A stretch of 64,000 bases of DNA from an uncultured Candidatus Saccharibacteria bacterium (GTDB taxonomy: Bacteria; Patescibacteriota; Minisyncoccia; Phycocordibacterales; JAACPR01). The notes beneath the pieces were generated by a model. It was not told the DNA's origin. It did no database searches and saw only the letters and a list, made by a program, of their open reading frames with translations. Location of the stretch: positions 34,435 to 98,434 of the forward strand of contig CAZIEY010000003.1 of assembly GCA_964538855.1 (NCBI GenBank), in the 5' to 3' direction. How positions within the stretch are numbered: the first letter of the stretch is position 1; every line of letters starts with the position of its first letter. The position numbers and the translations under genes were made by a program. Below are positions 10,702 through 19,428 of this stretch, one piece after another.

Positions 10702-10733
10702 AAGCTCCAATCGGCTATTTAGTCGATGAATAT

Positions 10734-10807
10734 GCGGGCGTAGCTCAGCTGGTTAGAGCGTCCGCCTGTCACGCGGAAGGTCGTGGGTTCAAGTCCCATC
10801 GCTCGCG
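10734..10807 (+). tRNA. tRNA-Asp (GTC)
   Basis: Acceptor gcgggcg/cgctcgc (one G.U pair), anticodon loop CTGTCAC, T-loop GGTTCAAGTCC, discriminator G, no CCA. Confidence 0.85.
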
Positions 10808-10967
10808 CATATAAACAAATCGCTTCGTTCGAATAGGATGAGGTGATTTTGTTTATATATCTTCGCACACCATATGTTTAAGTGCTTGACCATATTGCAC
10901 GTCTCTTCAAAAACCCGTACATTGTTACTCATTAGAGAGTGGGTTTTATTATTTTTTAAATTTAATT

Positions 10968-12758
10968 ATGAAACGAAAACAAACATTACAAGCGAGCGTT
11001 GCAATGTGTCAAAAAATTACATTATCAATCGCTACTTTTTTATTAATTTTCGGCGTAGTTTTTTCAGCACACTACGTACGAGCCGAGGGTGAAGAAGTTA
11101 CTTCAGATACACCGTCAGAAGTGAGCGAGCCTGAAACAACTGATAGCGCAGAAACTCTTTCAGTTGAAACTATGTCAGATGAGGAAGACGTAGAAGTTGA
11201 AGTGGTAGAAGAAGTAGTTGATGTTACAAGTGATGAAACTGGAGATGAGGTAGAAGATATTACACCAACAGTTTCAGAAGATTTTTCATCCGACGAATCG
11301 TTAGATGAACCACTTGAAGAAGTATTTGAAATGTTCTCTTCATTTGCGCCGATGCTCATGTCAGGAGCTCCAGCAACATCATCTGCTGCAATTCTTACAC
11401 CATCAATGCACGAGGATATTCACGGTGTGTACACATTTACTGCAGAATACAACAATCCATTATTTGAAGGTCCATACGGTTTGCGTTGGGCAATTCGAGC
11501 AGATGGTCTTTGTGACGGTGATACGCCGGCAGTACCAGTATTTGGTAACGTAGATGGCGCAACTACAAGCCCAGCTCATACAGCAGGTCATTTCGATAAT
11601 GAGTTTGCGTCATGGGATGGAGTTAATTTCTCAGCGACACTCGATTTCTCAGAACTTCCAGAAGGTGAATACTGTTTTGCATTCAACCCAAATCCAAAAG
11701 ATGTATATAGACAAACTGTACGTTTTAATCACGTAATTCCAAGAACAGGTTCAATTGTGATTTCAAAAGACGTGCTTAGTGAAGACGATTCAACAGAATT
11801 TTCAGTAACAGTGTTCGATGGTTCAGAAGGAACATATACTGGTTTAGTCTCAGAAGTATCTGTAGCAGAATTCAATGATTTGGAGCCAGGTACTTACACC
11901 ATCACAGAAAATGAAACATTGGGATATCATTTGGTATCTATCACATCAGGCGAAGCTCGTGACGTTGAAGGTGCTTTAACGGTAGAAGTTGTCGCAGGTG
12001 AAACTGTAGAAGTTCTCGTTACAAATGAACGTGGTATTCCGGAAGAACCTATGACTGACACTCTCACTATCAATAAGAACGTCATTGATAAAAATGACAA
12101 AGACATTTCGGACAACACATCATTTGAAGTAACTGTGTTTCCACTTCGTGTAGAATCACGCGTATCACCAATCGAATTAATAATTTCAGAAGACGCACCA
12201 GCTTCTATTGAATTAATATCAGGAGTGTATGAAGTGTGTGAGGTGCTTGAAGAGGGTTCTGATTATGAAGTGGTGAATGAATTTGTATCTGAAAAAGGAT
12301 TTGAGACTCCAACTAACTGCAGGATTGTCTTTATCGGCGAAGGTAATCGAGAAATTACATTTACTAACCGAAAATTAACTGAAGAAGAATCAGGTCGTCG
12401 ATCAAGTCGACGCCACCCAGTTGGAGGTTCAGTGCTCGGGGCGTTTACAGGTGATTCGTCAAATGGCGGTTCATGCGGAATGTACTTAAATTCATACATG
12501 AAAATGGGCGGACAAAATGACGCTGATCAAGTGCGAAAATTACAGGCCTTCCTTAATGAACAAGGCCACATTGTTCCAATTGATGGATTTTTTGGTGCAA
12601 GCACAGATGCGGCGGTTAAAGCATTTCAACGAGCACACACGGTAGAAATCTTGGCTCCATGGGGAATTACTGACCCAACTGGATACGTGTACAAGATGAC
12701 TCGATATGTTATGAATAATATGGTGTGCTCTGGTTCAGAAGCGACCCCAGTTTTGTAG
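10968..12758 (+). CDS. Secreted acidic cell-surface protein with CnaB-type (SpaA-like) repeats and a C-terminal peptidoglycan-binding (PG_binding_1) domain
   Basis: Signal peptide (…FLLIFGVVFSAHYVRA|EGEE). A D/E/S/T-rich region. CnaB-like 'FNDLEPGTYTITENETLGY'. C-terminal 'LQAFLNEQGHIVPIDGFFGASTDAAVKAFQ'. An alternative start lies at 11004. Confidence 0.7.
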   Translation: MKRKQTLQASVAMCQKITLSIATFLLIFGVVFSAHYVRAEGEEVTSDTPSEVSEPETTDSAETLSVETMSDEEDVEVEVVEEVVDVTSDETGDEVEDITPTVSEDFSSDESLDEPLEEVFEMFSSFAPMLMSGAPATSSAAILTPSMHEDIHGVYTFTAEYNNPLFEGPYGLRWAIRADGLCDGDTPAVPVFGNVDGATTSPAHTAGHFDNEFASWDGVNFSATLDFSELPEGEYCFAFNPNPKDVYRQTVRFNHVIPRTGSIVISKDVLSEDDSTEFSVTVFDGSEGTYTGLVSEVSVAEFNDLEPGTYTITENETLGYHLVSITSGEARDVEGALTVEVVAGETVEVLVTNERGIPEEPMTDTLTINKNVIDKNDKDISDNTSFEVTVFPLRVESRVSPIELIISEDAPASIELISGVYEVCEVLEEGSDYEVVNEFVSEKGFETPTNCRIVFIGEGNREITFTNRKLTEEESGRRSSRRHPVGGSVLGAFTGDSSNGGSCGMYLNSYMKMGGQNDADQVRKLQAFLNEQGHIVPIDGFFGASTDAAVKAFQRAHTVEILAPWGITDPTGYVYKMTRYVMNNMVCSGSEATPVL

Positions 12759-12776
12759 AATTTAATAAGTAAAAAA

Positions 12777-12811
12777 AGCCGCATTTTACAAAATAAGATA
12801 CGGCTTTTTTT
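12777..12811 (+). terminator. Rho-independent terminator
   Basis: Stem agccg…cggct followed by T6, just after the stop of the surface-protein gene. Confidence 0.5.
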
Positions 12812-12848
12812 ATATTCACTCTCATGATAATCTATAAGTATAAAGAGT

Positions 12849-13799
12849 ATGCGAAAACACCTTAAAAATTATTTCATTCCACATGAAGGGAATGATCATC
12901 AGCCACATTTTTTGCGTGAAAAATGTCTCAGTGTACTGTTGGGAATAGTCATTATCACAACGTGTCTGTCTATGATTTTGGCGATACCTGCGGTGTCTAC
13001 TCGTTTTAATTATTTGGCTTCGATTTTGCCAGTAATACTTGTAGAAAAAGTAAATGAATCACGAGCAGAAATTGGAGAAAATCAGCTCGTGATGAATGAT
13101 ACTCTTTCGGTTGCTGCGCAACTCAAGGCAAATGATATGGCAGAGAAAGGATATTTTTCACATGTAAGTCCAGATGGAACAAGCCCGTGGTTTTGGATTC
13201 AAAAGGCGGGATATGTGTACACTGACGCAGGGGAAAATCTCGCGGTGAATTTCACGGATTCTGATGAGGTACATAACGCATGGATGAATAGTCCAGGTCA
13301 CCGTGCAAATATTTTGCGAGAAGGTTTTACTGAAATCGGTATCGCAACCGCATCTGGGACGTACAATGGTCGCCCTGCAATTTTCGTGGTTCAGTATTTT
13401 GGAAAGCCGCGCCCAACATTAGTACAAGTGACTTCATCTGCACCTATTTCGAATTCAACACAAGTATCTTCGGTACCCGTTGCGTCAACTTTAATGGATT
13501 CCGGCGAAACTTCATCCAAAGTGTTAGGTGAACAATATACAAGCACGACGACTATGGTCAGTAGTATACATCAATCAACTTGGTACGAGCGCGCTGCGGC
13601 GGCTCCTCGAACAACGTTGTTGTGGCTACTCGGTATTATTGCAGGCATTGTGAGTGTCGCGTTACTGCTCAAAATATGTGTGGCACGACATATTCAATAT
13701 CCAAAATTGATTCTTAATGGGGTGCTTGCTGTTGCGATTGTTATTGTATTGATGGGAGTTAGCCGTATGATGGGTGGTATAATATCGGGAGTTATTTAA
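12849..13799 (+). CDS. CAP/SCP (PR-1-like, YkwD-type) domain protein with N- and C-terminal TM segments
   Basis: 'GYFSHVSPDGTSPWFWIQKAG…HNAWMNSPGHRANIL' is the CAP-domain signature. Confidence 0.7.
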   Translation: MRKHLKNYFIPHEGNDHQPHFLREKCLSVLLGIVIITTCLSMILAIPAVSTRFNYLASILPVILVEKVNESRAEIGENQLVMNDTLSVAAQLKANDMAEKGYFSHVSPDGTSPWFWIQKAGYVYTDAGENLAVNFTDSDEVHNAWMNSPGHRANILREGFTEIGIATASGTYNGRPAIFVVQYFGKPRPTLVQVTSSAPISNSTQVSSVPVASTLMDSGETSSKVLGEQYTSTTTMVSSIHQSTWYERAAAAPRTTLLWLLGIIAGIVSVALLLKICVARHIQYPKLILNGVLAVAIVIVLMGVSRMMGGIISGVI

Positions 13800-13803
13800 T
13801 TAT

Positions 13804-14637
13804 ATGCAAAAGAAATCTATCGGAGTATTTGATTCTGGGTTTGGTGGTATCGACATTTTACGTGGTATTGTACATGCGTTGCCAGAGTACAATTACATAT
13901 ATCTAGGAGACACCGCGCGCACACCATATGGCACACGATCTCAGGAAACTATTTATGAGTTTACTCGCCAGGCCGTTGAATTTTTATTCAAGCAAAATTG
14001 CGATTTAGTTATTTTGGCGTGCAACACTGCGTCGACAGTTGCGTTGCGAAAATTACAGCAAGAATTTTTACCGGCTCACTATCCCGATAAAAAAGTGCTT
14101 GGCGTGTTGATTCCTGCGGTTGAAGCGGCAATTGAGGCGACTCAAAATGGAAAAATTGGTGTCCTAGCAACCGAGGCGACGGTGGTGTCGTGTGCATTTC
14201 CTGCACAGCTCGAAAAAACCGCGGCTGCGTTGGGTGTAAAAAAACCACTTGTGATGTTTCAAAAAGCAGCGACATTACTCGCTCCTATTGTTGAAGCGGA
14301 AGACATACATCCAGAAGCCACAACGTTGATTATCAAAGATTATGTCGCTCCGCTTTTGGCAGAAGGTATCGACACACTCGTGCTCGGTTGCACACATTAC
14401 GGAATATTAGAAGCTCAAATCACGACGGCGGTTGGACCTCGCGTCACAATTATATCTGAAGGTCGTGTAGTGCCAGAAAAATTAGCAGTGTATTTAGAGC
14501 GTCATAAAGACATCGCAGACACAATTGCACGTGATGGGCAAGTCACATTTTATACGACCGATTTAACGGATCGATTTCAAAAATTGGGCAGCTTGTTCTT
14601 TGGACGAGAAATTACACCTCATAAAGTGCAGCTTTAA
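13804..14637 (+). CDS. murI: Glutamate racemase
   Basis: 'IGVFDSGFGGIDILRGI' and 'ILACNTAST' and 'LGCTHYG' motifs. 277 aa. Confidence 0.85.
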   Translation: MQKKSIGVFDSGFGGIDILRGIVHALPEYNYIYLGDTARTPYGTRSQETIYEFTRQAVEFLFKQNCDLVILACNTASTVALRKLQQEFLPAHYPDKKVLGVLIPAVEAAIEATQNGKIGVLATEATVVSCAFPAQLEKTAAALGVKKPLVMFQKAATLLAPIVEAEDIHPEATTLIIKDYVAPLLAEGIDTLVLGCTHYGILEAQITTAVGPRVTIISEGRVVPEKLAVYLERHKDIADTIARDGQVTFYTTDLTDRFQKLGSLFFGREITPHKVQL

Positions 14638-14644
14638 ATAAAAA

Positions 14645-15208
14645 TTAGAAGTGATATTGCTTTTTGAAAAGCGGAATGCTGATTGCAACTGCAATGGTGA
14701 CTATCACAAAATAGCCGAGCATAATTTCACCATACGAATACGGAATTGATTTGAGTGAGCCAAAAATTACCGATGTAGTCCATGATATGAATGAGATAGC
14801 GCCAGATGCAACCAAGAGGTGGGCTTTGCGTGCAAATTCATCTGATGAAGGCAGGTGAGTATTTTGATGACGGCGCATGCGCGGTAGATGCGTGAGGTGG
14901 AAAAAGATACCGTTTACAAAAATGATTCCGACGACGGTCATTTTTGCGAGAAACTTTGTCGAATGCATGTATTTCTCGATGTCTGTTAAAAAGAGACCGA
15001 TACCAGACACAATCAGGATGATGAGACCGAACCAGACCATGCGGCTCCCGAGGCGCATGAACTTGAATTCAAGAGGCTCGATTTTTTCATCTTTAATTGA
15101 GCTGAAAAAAATCAGATCACTCATATAAGCACCACCCGCACCAATAATGGCACCGAACACATGTACAATGGTGAGCGCTGTTTTTGTATCAATAAAATCC
15201 ATATACAC
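14645..15208 (-). CDS. Hypothetical integral membrane protein (4-5 TM)
   Basis: Hydrophobic segments throughout. Convergent with murI, 7-bp gap. The start may be 15202. Confidence 0.5.
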   Translation of the reverse strand: MYMDFIDTKTALTIVHVFGAIIGAGGAYMSDLIFFSSIKDEKIEPLEFKFMRLGSRMVWFGLIILIVSGIGLFLTDIEKYMHSTKFLAKMTVVGIIFVNGIFFHLTHLPRMRRHQNTHLPSSDEFARKAHLLVASGAISFISWTTSVIFGSLKSIPYSYGEIMLGYFVIVTIAVAISIPLFKKQYHF

Positions 15209-15216
15209 ATAGTAGC

Positions 15217-15846
15217 ATGTTTGCTATAATTTCGACTATGCAAACTTCAACAAAATTTATTCTCGCAGTCATTGTACTCGCGATTGCCACTTATTTCATC
15301 TTCAATTATCGTTCAACTCCAGAAGATATTGAACAGGCAAGAGTAGGTGACGTTAATAATAATGGAAATAGTGTTACAAACGCATCTAGTACGCAATCAA
15401 AATCGGTCAAAGATTTTACAATGACTTTTACTGGGTATGGTCCAGCGGGCAAGGTCGAAGTTGGAACATTTGATACCAAGAGCTTTACTTATGCGGGTTT
15501 GTTAGAGGGAGGTTTACCACAAAACGCAGTTGCAACGTTTGATGTGCGGACGGTAAACACTGGAAAGAATGGCTTGAATAAGCACTTATGCGCCGATGAC
15601 TTTTTCATGTGTGAAAAATTTCCTGAATCAAAATTCGTAGTTACTGATGTAGAGCAAGTTCCGGGTACAAGTTATATTTTCTCGGGAAACCTTACTTTTA
15701 TGGGAGTTGAAAAATCTATCACATTCAATGCGAATTTAATTGACGGAGCATTTGTCGGAGAATTTCTACTCGATATTACTGCGTTTAACTTCAAATATGT
15801 TGGTGTTGATCCAAAAGTGTTGATCAAGTTTAGCTTCAAATTGTAA
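15217..15846 (+). CDS. YceI-like domain protein, membrane-anchored
   Basis: 'NKHLCADDFFMCEKFPESKFVVTDV' resembles the YceI 'HLKSADFFDVEKYP…F' core. An N-terminal TM is present. An alternative start lies at 15238. Confidence 0.55.
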   Translation: MFAIISTMQTSTKFILAVIVLAIATYFIFNYRSTPEDIEQARVGDVNNNGNSVTNASSTQSKSVKDFTMTFTGYGPAGKVEVGTFDTKSFTYAGLLEGGLPQNAVATFDVRTVNTGKNGLNKHLCADDFFMCEKFPESKFVVTDVEQVPGTSYIFSGNLTFMGVEKSITFNANLIDGAFVGEFLLDITAFNFKYVGVDPKVLIKFSFKL

Positions 15847-15972
15847 AATAAAAAATCTTAATTTTAAAGTCCTCGGGTCGCATCACGCACGTTCGTACAT
15901 GAATGTGCGTTTTGTTTTGATGCTCAACCAGACTTTTAAAATTAAGATTTTTTATTTTACAATTTGAAACTA
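15831..15972. repeat. ~41-bp inverted repeat at the 3' ends of two convergent genes, enclosing a GC hairpin + T-run (bidirectional terminator)
   Basis: tagcttcaaattgtaaaataaaaaatcttaattttaaagtc (15831-15871) matches the reverse complement of 15931-15972 with one mismatch and one indel. The centre holds the hairpin cgcac-N14-gtgcg followed by ttttgtttt. Confidence 0.7.
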
Positions 15973-16716
15973 CATAAGACCCACACTCTTGAGTAACTCC
16001 ACTTTTTCTTCCATATAAAGCGCGCGGCTTTGACCGGGGAATAAACCGCCGAGGCGTAAATTCATGATCCGAGTTCGCTTCAAATCTTTGATTTGATAAC
16101 CGAGTGCTACACACATTCGCCGAATTTGGTGTTTTTTACCTTCGGTCAGAATGATTTTAAAAGTTCGATCTCCGGTAACTTTTACGGTGCAAGGTTTTGT
16201 CATGTAATCTTCGATGCGTACACCTTTTGACATTTTATTTTCGAACGACTCTTTGATTTCTTTATCAACTTTTACGACGTATTCTTTTTCGTGCTCGTAT
16301 TCTGGATTTAAAAGCTTGTCGATGATGCGCCCATCGCTTGTCATGAGCATCAAACCCTCGCTGTCTTTATCGAGTCGTCCAACATGCATTAGCTTTTTGC
16401 TTGGGTTAAAAAAACTGTCGACAGATTTTTCACCGAGCTGTGGGCTGTGCGAAACGACTCCTCGTGGTTTATAGAAAATGAAATATTCGTAATTGTGCGG
16501 CATGCGTTTAATTTCACTGTCGAGCTCGACCACGTCTTTTTCTTGAATTTTTTGACCGAGAACTGCTTTGACACCGTTTACCGTTACGAGTCCACGTTCT
16601 ATCATTTCGTCGGCTTGTCTACGTGAACAAAACCCCCGTGCGTGCAGATATTTATTGACTCGAATCGGATATTCGATGTTTGTGACCAATTCGTCTGTAT
16701 TTTCGTCTATATGCAT
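15970..16716 (-). CDS. Pseudouridine synthase, RsuA/RluB family (S4 domain + catalytic domain)
   Basis: S4-like 'IRVNKYLHARGFCSRRQADEMIERGLVTVNG' and catalytic 'KLMHVGRLDKDSEGLMLMTSDG'. Start taken at MHIDEN. Confidence 0.8.
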   Translation of the reverse strand: MHIDENTDELVTNIEYPIRVNKYLHARGFCSRRQADEMIERGLVTVNGVKAVLGQKIQEKDVVELDSEIKRMPHNYEYFIFYKPRGVVSHSPQLGEKSVDSFFNPSKKLMHVGRLDKDSEGLMLMTSDGRIIDKLLNPEYEHEKEYVVKVDKEIKESFENKMSKGVRIEDYMTKPCTVKVTGDRTFKIILTEGKKHQIRRMCVALGYQIKDLKRTRIMNLRLGGLFPGQSRALYMEEKVELLKSVGLM

Positions 16717-16797
16717 AATATTGACTATCTTACATAAAATTGGCGAAATAGCGAGTTTTTTATTACACAACGTTGGTCTGTAGTACAATAATAAATT

Positions 16798-17364
16798 ATG
16801 AGTATGAGCAATGCGTATATCAAAAATATCGTTGATACTTACTTAAAATTATTTCCCCAAGAGATAGATGATTTGAATATGTTATTGACTCAGCTGAAAG
16901 GTGATGAGTTGGTGGCGAATCGAAAGAATTTCTTTGGGCATATCACGGCGAGCGGTATTGTGATTCACAATAATAAAATACTTTTGATTTTTCATAATAA
17001 GTTTAAAAAATATATTCAACCCGGCGGCCATATAGAGAACGATACAACACTTCTTGAAGCTGCTCAAAGAGAAGTTACTGAAGAGACAGGGATTGAAGTT
17101 GTACCTCATAATTGGCATTTGCAAAATGGCGGAATTCCTCTTCGATTTAATACACACAAAATTCCGTATAATGAAGCGAAACAAGAACCGGAGCACTTTC
17201 ATCATGATGCGGTCTTTGTTTTTCGTACAACCGGGGGTGACGTTCATTTGCAGATGACAGAAGTCTCTGATTATAAATGGTTGCCAGTCGATTCACTATT
17301 CGATGAAAAATTCCTGAATGACACGTGCCAGAAAATCATTGCGATGAAATTGGATATGTTTTGA
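16798..17364 (+). CDS. NUDIX hydrolase
   Basis: Nudix box 'GGHIENDTTLLEAAQREVTEETGI'. Confidence 0.8.
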   Translation: MSMSNAYIKNIVDTYLKLFPQEIDDLNMLLTQLKGDELVANRKNFFGHITASGIVIHNNKILLIFHNKFKKYIQPGGHIENDTTLLEAAQREVTEETGIEVVPHNWHLQNGGIPLRFNTHKIPYNEAKQEPEHFHHDAVFVFRTTGGDVHLQMTEVSDYKWLPVDSLFDEKFLNDTCQKIIAMKLDMF

Positions 17365-17380
17365 TACGTGTAAGGTATTT

Positions 17381-17410
17381 TTGACAATGCGACTCCGGAT
17401 ATAGTAATCT
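17381..17410 (+). promoter_or_regulatory. Sigma70-like promoter for tRNA-Thr
   Basis: TTGACA, 18 bp, TAATCT; 20 bp upstream of the tRNA 5' end. Confidence 0.5.
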
Positions 17411-17430
17411 TAATGCGACTCATCTTTTGC

Positions 17431-17506
17431 GCCGTTGTAGCTCAGTTGGTAGAGCACGTCATTGGTAATGACGAGGTCTCGGGTTCAATCCCCGACAATG
17501 GCTCCA
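17431..17506 (+). tRNA. tRNA-Thr (GGT)
   Basis: Acceptor gccgttg/caatggc, anticodon loop TTGGTAA, T-loop GGTTCAATCC, encoded CCA. Confidence 0.85.
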
Positions 17507-17510
17507 TATT

Positions 17511-18545
17511 ATGAAATATACAATTAATAAAAAAATAGTTTTTATAAGTGTCGCTATCGTACTTATAATTGGTATATCGTATATGTTTTCTAAGTATGTA
17601 CCACAAGTGTCGACAAACACTGGGATATCACCTGAAGAGATGACTAAATCTCATCTCAAAACGTTTTCTAATGGGATAATTTCATTTACCTATCCCGATG
17701 AATTACAAATGCCAGATTCTCGAATGCCAGAACCTCTTACGCAAGCTTTTTTCTATACAAAAGAAGATTTGGCTCAGTCAGGTGAGAAGGAACCAGTTGT
17801 GTGGGTAGATTGCAAGAATCCAATTAAAGATATTGATTTGCACATCAACAAGGCAGTGTCTAATACATCTACACGAATCGAAGGTAATGATGGAATGAAT
17901 TTTGTTCTTGAAAAATTAGAGCTCAGCAACGATCAGGATCATGAGACATTGAATTACTCGAGAATTGTGTTTAATCGCTTTGATTCAAATTATTCGTGTG
18001 CAATACATATAGCTCCACGACGTTCCGCATCTCTAGTTAATGTAGCTGATCATATTTTTAATTCACTTACATCAGATATCGCTGCCGAACCTTACCCTCA
18101 AACTGTTATTGCTAAACCAGAATGGGGTATTTCATTCACAAAACCAAAAGGTTGGAATATGGTCGAAAGTGCGGACAATGAAATTGTTCTTTACAAAATG
18201 TACGGTGAAGAAGGTGGCGATGCAATTACGATTAAGTATAGGCCGCATTTTGAAGATCTCACCAATACAGATGCAAAGTTCGGTTACGTGACATATTTTT
18301 GGGGTATCGAAGAAAAACAATGGATGATGAGTGAGTCGAGTGAATATGATTTCAACACAATTACTTCGCCTGCTATCACTGAAGAATTTACACTCGATGG
18401 GTTACCAATTTTTCCTGGAAAAGGTAGATGGATGACAAAAATTATTCCATTCGATCAACATACTTTTCTTGAATTGAATATTACTGGTAGTGGTTATACT
18501 GATCCACTTCGTTTATTTGCGCAAGGTGTTCGAAAGTTGCAATAA
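17511..18545 (+). CDS. Hypothetical secreted or membrane-anchored protein
   Basis: N-terminal TM/signal anchor (IVFISVAIVLIIGISYMF). No recognisable domain. Confidence 0.5.
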   Translation: MKYTINKKIVFISVAIVLIIGISYMFSKYVPQVSTNTGISPEEMTKSHLKTFSNGIISFTYPDELQMPDSRMPEPLTQAFFYTKEDLAQSGEKEPVVWVDCKNPIKDIDLHINKAVSNTSTRIEGNDGMNFVLEKLELSNDQDHETLNYSRIVFNRFDSNYSCAIHIAPRRSASLVNVADHIFNSLTSDIAAEPYPQTVIAKPEWGISFTKPKGWNMVESADNEIVLYKMYGEEGGDAITIKYRPHFEDLTNTDAKFGYVTYFWGIEEKQWMMSESSEYDFNTITSPAITEEFTLDGLPIFPGKGRWMTKIIPFDQHTFLELNITGSGYTDPLRLFAQGVRKLQ

Positions 18546-18546
18546 T

Positions 18547-19422
18547 ATGTCCAAAGAATTGATTCAAAAAGAAATCGCCGACATTGAAACCGCCATGGTC
18601 GCGCCAGATTTTTGGAGTGACAAAACACGTGCGCAGGCGATGATAAAACGTTTGCAAGAATTAAAAGACTCGGCGGACGGGCTCGGCAAATATGATCGAG
18701 GAAATGCCGTTGTGACGATTTTTTCTGGAGCAGGTGGTGATGATGCTGAAGATTGGTCGGCAATGCTTCTGAAAATGTATTCGAAATACGCGGAGCATAA
18801 CGGATACGGCATAAATATTTTGTACTCGAATCAAAACACAAATGGTGGTTTTCGTACCATCACGTTTGAAGTGAATGGAAGAAACGCGTATGGAAATCTG
18901 AAAAACGAATCGGGTACGCATCGGCTTGTGCGCATCTCGCCGTTCAACGCAAATTCGAAACGCCAAACATCATTTTCGATGGTTGAAGTGATTCCGCAAC
19001 TCGATAAAGCCGACGAGACCGTAAAAATTCCACTAGAAGAATTGGAAATCGAATCAGCCAAAGCTTCCGGTCCTGGCGGTCAAAATGTGAACAAGCGCGA
19101 AACTGCTGTGCGCATTGTGCACATCCCAACAAAACTTTCGGTATTCGTTAGTAACGAACGCAGCCAAGCTCAAAACAAAGAAAAAGCTCTCGAAATTTTG
19201 CGAGGAAAATTATATGCGCTTAAAAAAATTGAGGATGAAAAGACACAGGCCGGCATGTCAGTTTCAAAAACTTCGACTGCAGAGTGGGGGAGCCAAATCC
19301 GCTCGTACGTCCTACACCCTTATAAATTGGTCAAAGATCACCGATCCAAGGTTGAAACTTCTGATATTGATGGTGTACTATCTGGAGAAATTGACATCTT
19401 CATAGAATCCATGAAAAAATAG
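18547..19422 (+). CDS. prfB: Peptide chain release factor 2 (single uninterrupted frame, short N-terminal domain)
   Basis: GGQ motif (SGPGGQNVNK) and the RF2-specific SPF tripeptide (RISPFNANSKR). No programmed +1 frameshift site. Confidence 0.8.
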   Translation: MSKELIQKEIADIETAMVAPDFWSDKTRAQAMIKRLQELKDSADGLGKYDRGNAVVTIFSGAGGDDAEDWSAMLLKMYSKYAEHNGYGINILYSNQNTNGGFRTITFEVNGRNAYGNLKNESGTHRLVRISPFNANSKRQTSFSMVEVIPQLDKADETVKIPLEELEIESAKASGPGGQNVNKRETAVRIVHIPTKLSVFVSNERSQAQNKEKALEILRGKLYALKKIEDEKTQAGMSVSKTSTAEWGSQIRSYVLHPYKLVKDHRSKVETSDIDGVLSGEIDIFIESMKK

Positions 19423-19428
19423 AGAGAT

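Noticed and set aside
10295-10710. Several 60-80-codon ORFs on both strands
   Set aside because: They overlap the tRNA-Met gene and the inter-tRNA spacer. Only the +-strand 10437-10643 ORF has an SD and terminator context; the others are treated as noise.
10353-10733. Possible RNase P RNA, SRP RNA, tmRNA or 6S RNA in the GC-richer inter-tRNA spacer
   Set aside because: I looked for the conserved cores (RNase P GGAAAGUCCGG, SRP domain IV GGAAGCAGC, tmRNA tRNA-like ends) and found none. It is kept only as an open question under the small-ORF finding.
11072-11359. 95-codon Ser/Thr-rich antisense ORF
   Set aside because: It is the mirror image of the acidic Asp/Glu/Ser repeat region of the surface-protein gene, a composition artefact.
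18490-18546. Upstream extension of prfB (MVILIHFVYLRK…) and a possible +1 frameshift site
   Set aside because: The extension overlaps the preceding gene's end. RF2 homology begins at MSKELIQ (18547). No CUU-UGA-C-type shifty stop is present in the 5' region.
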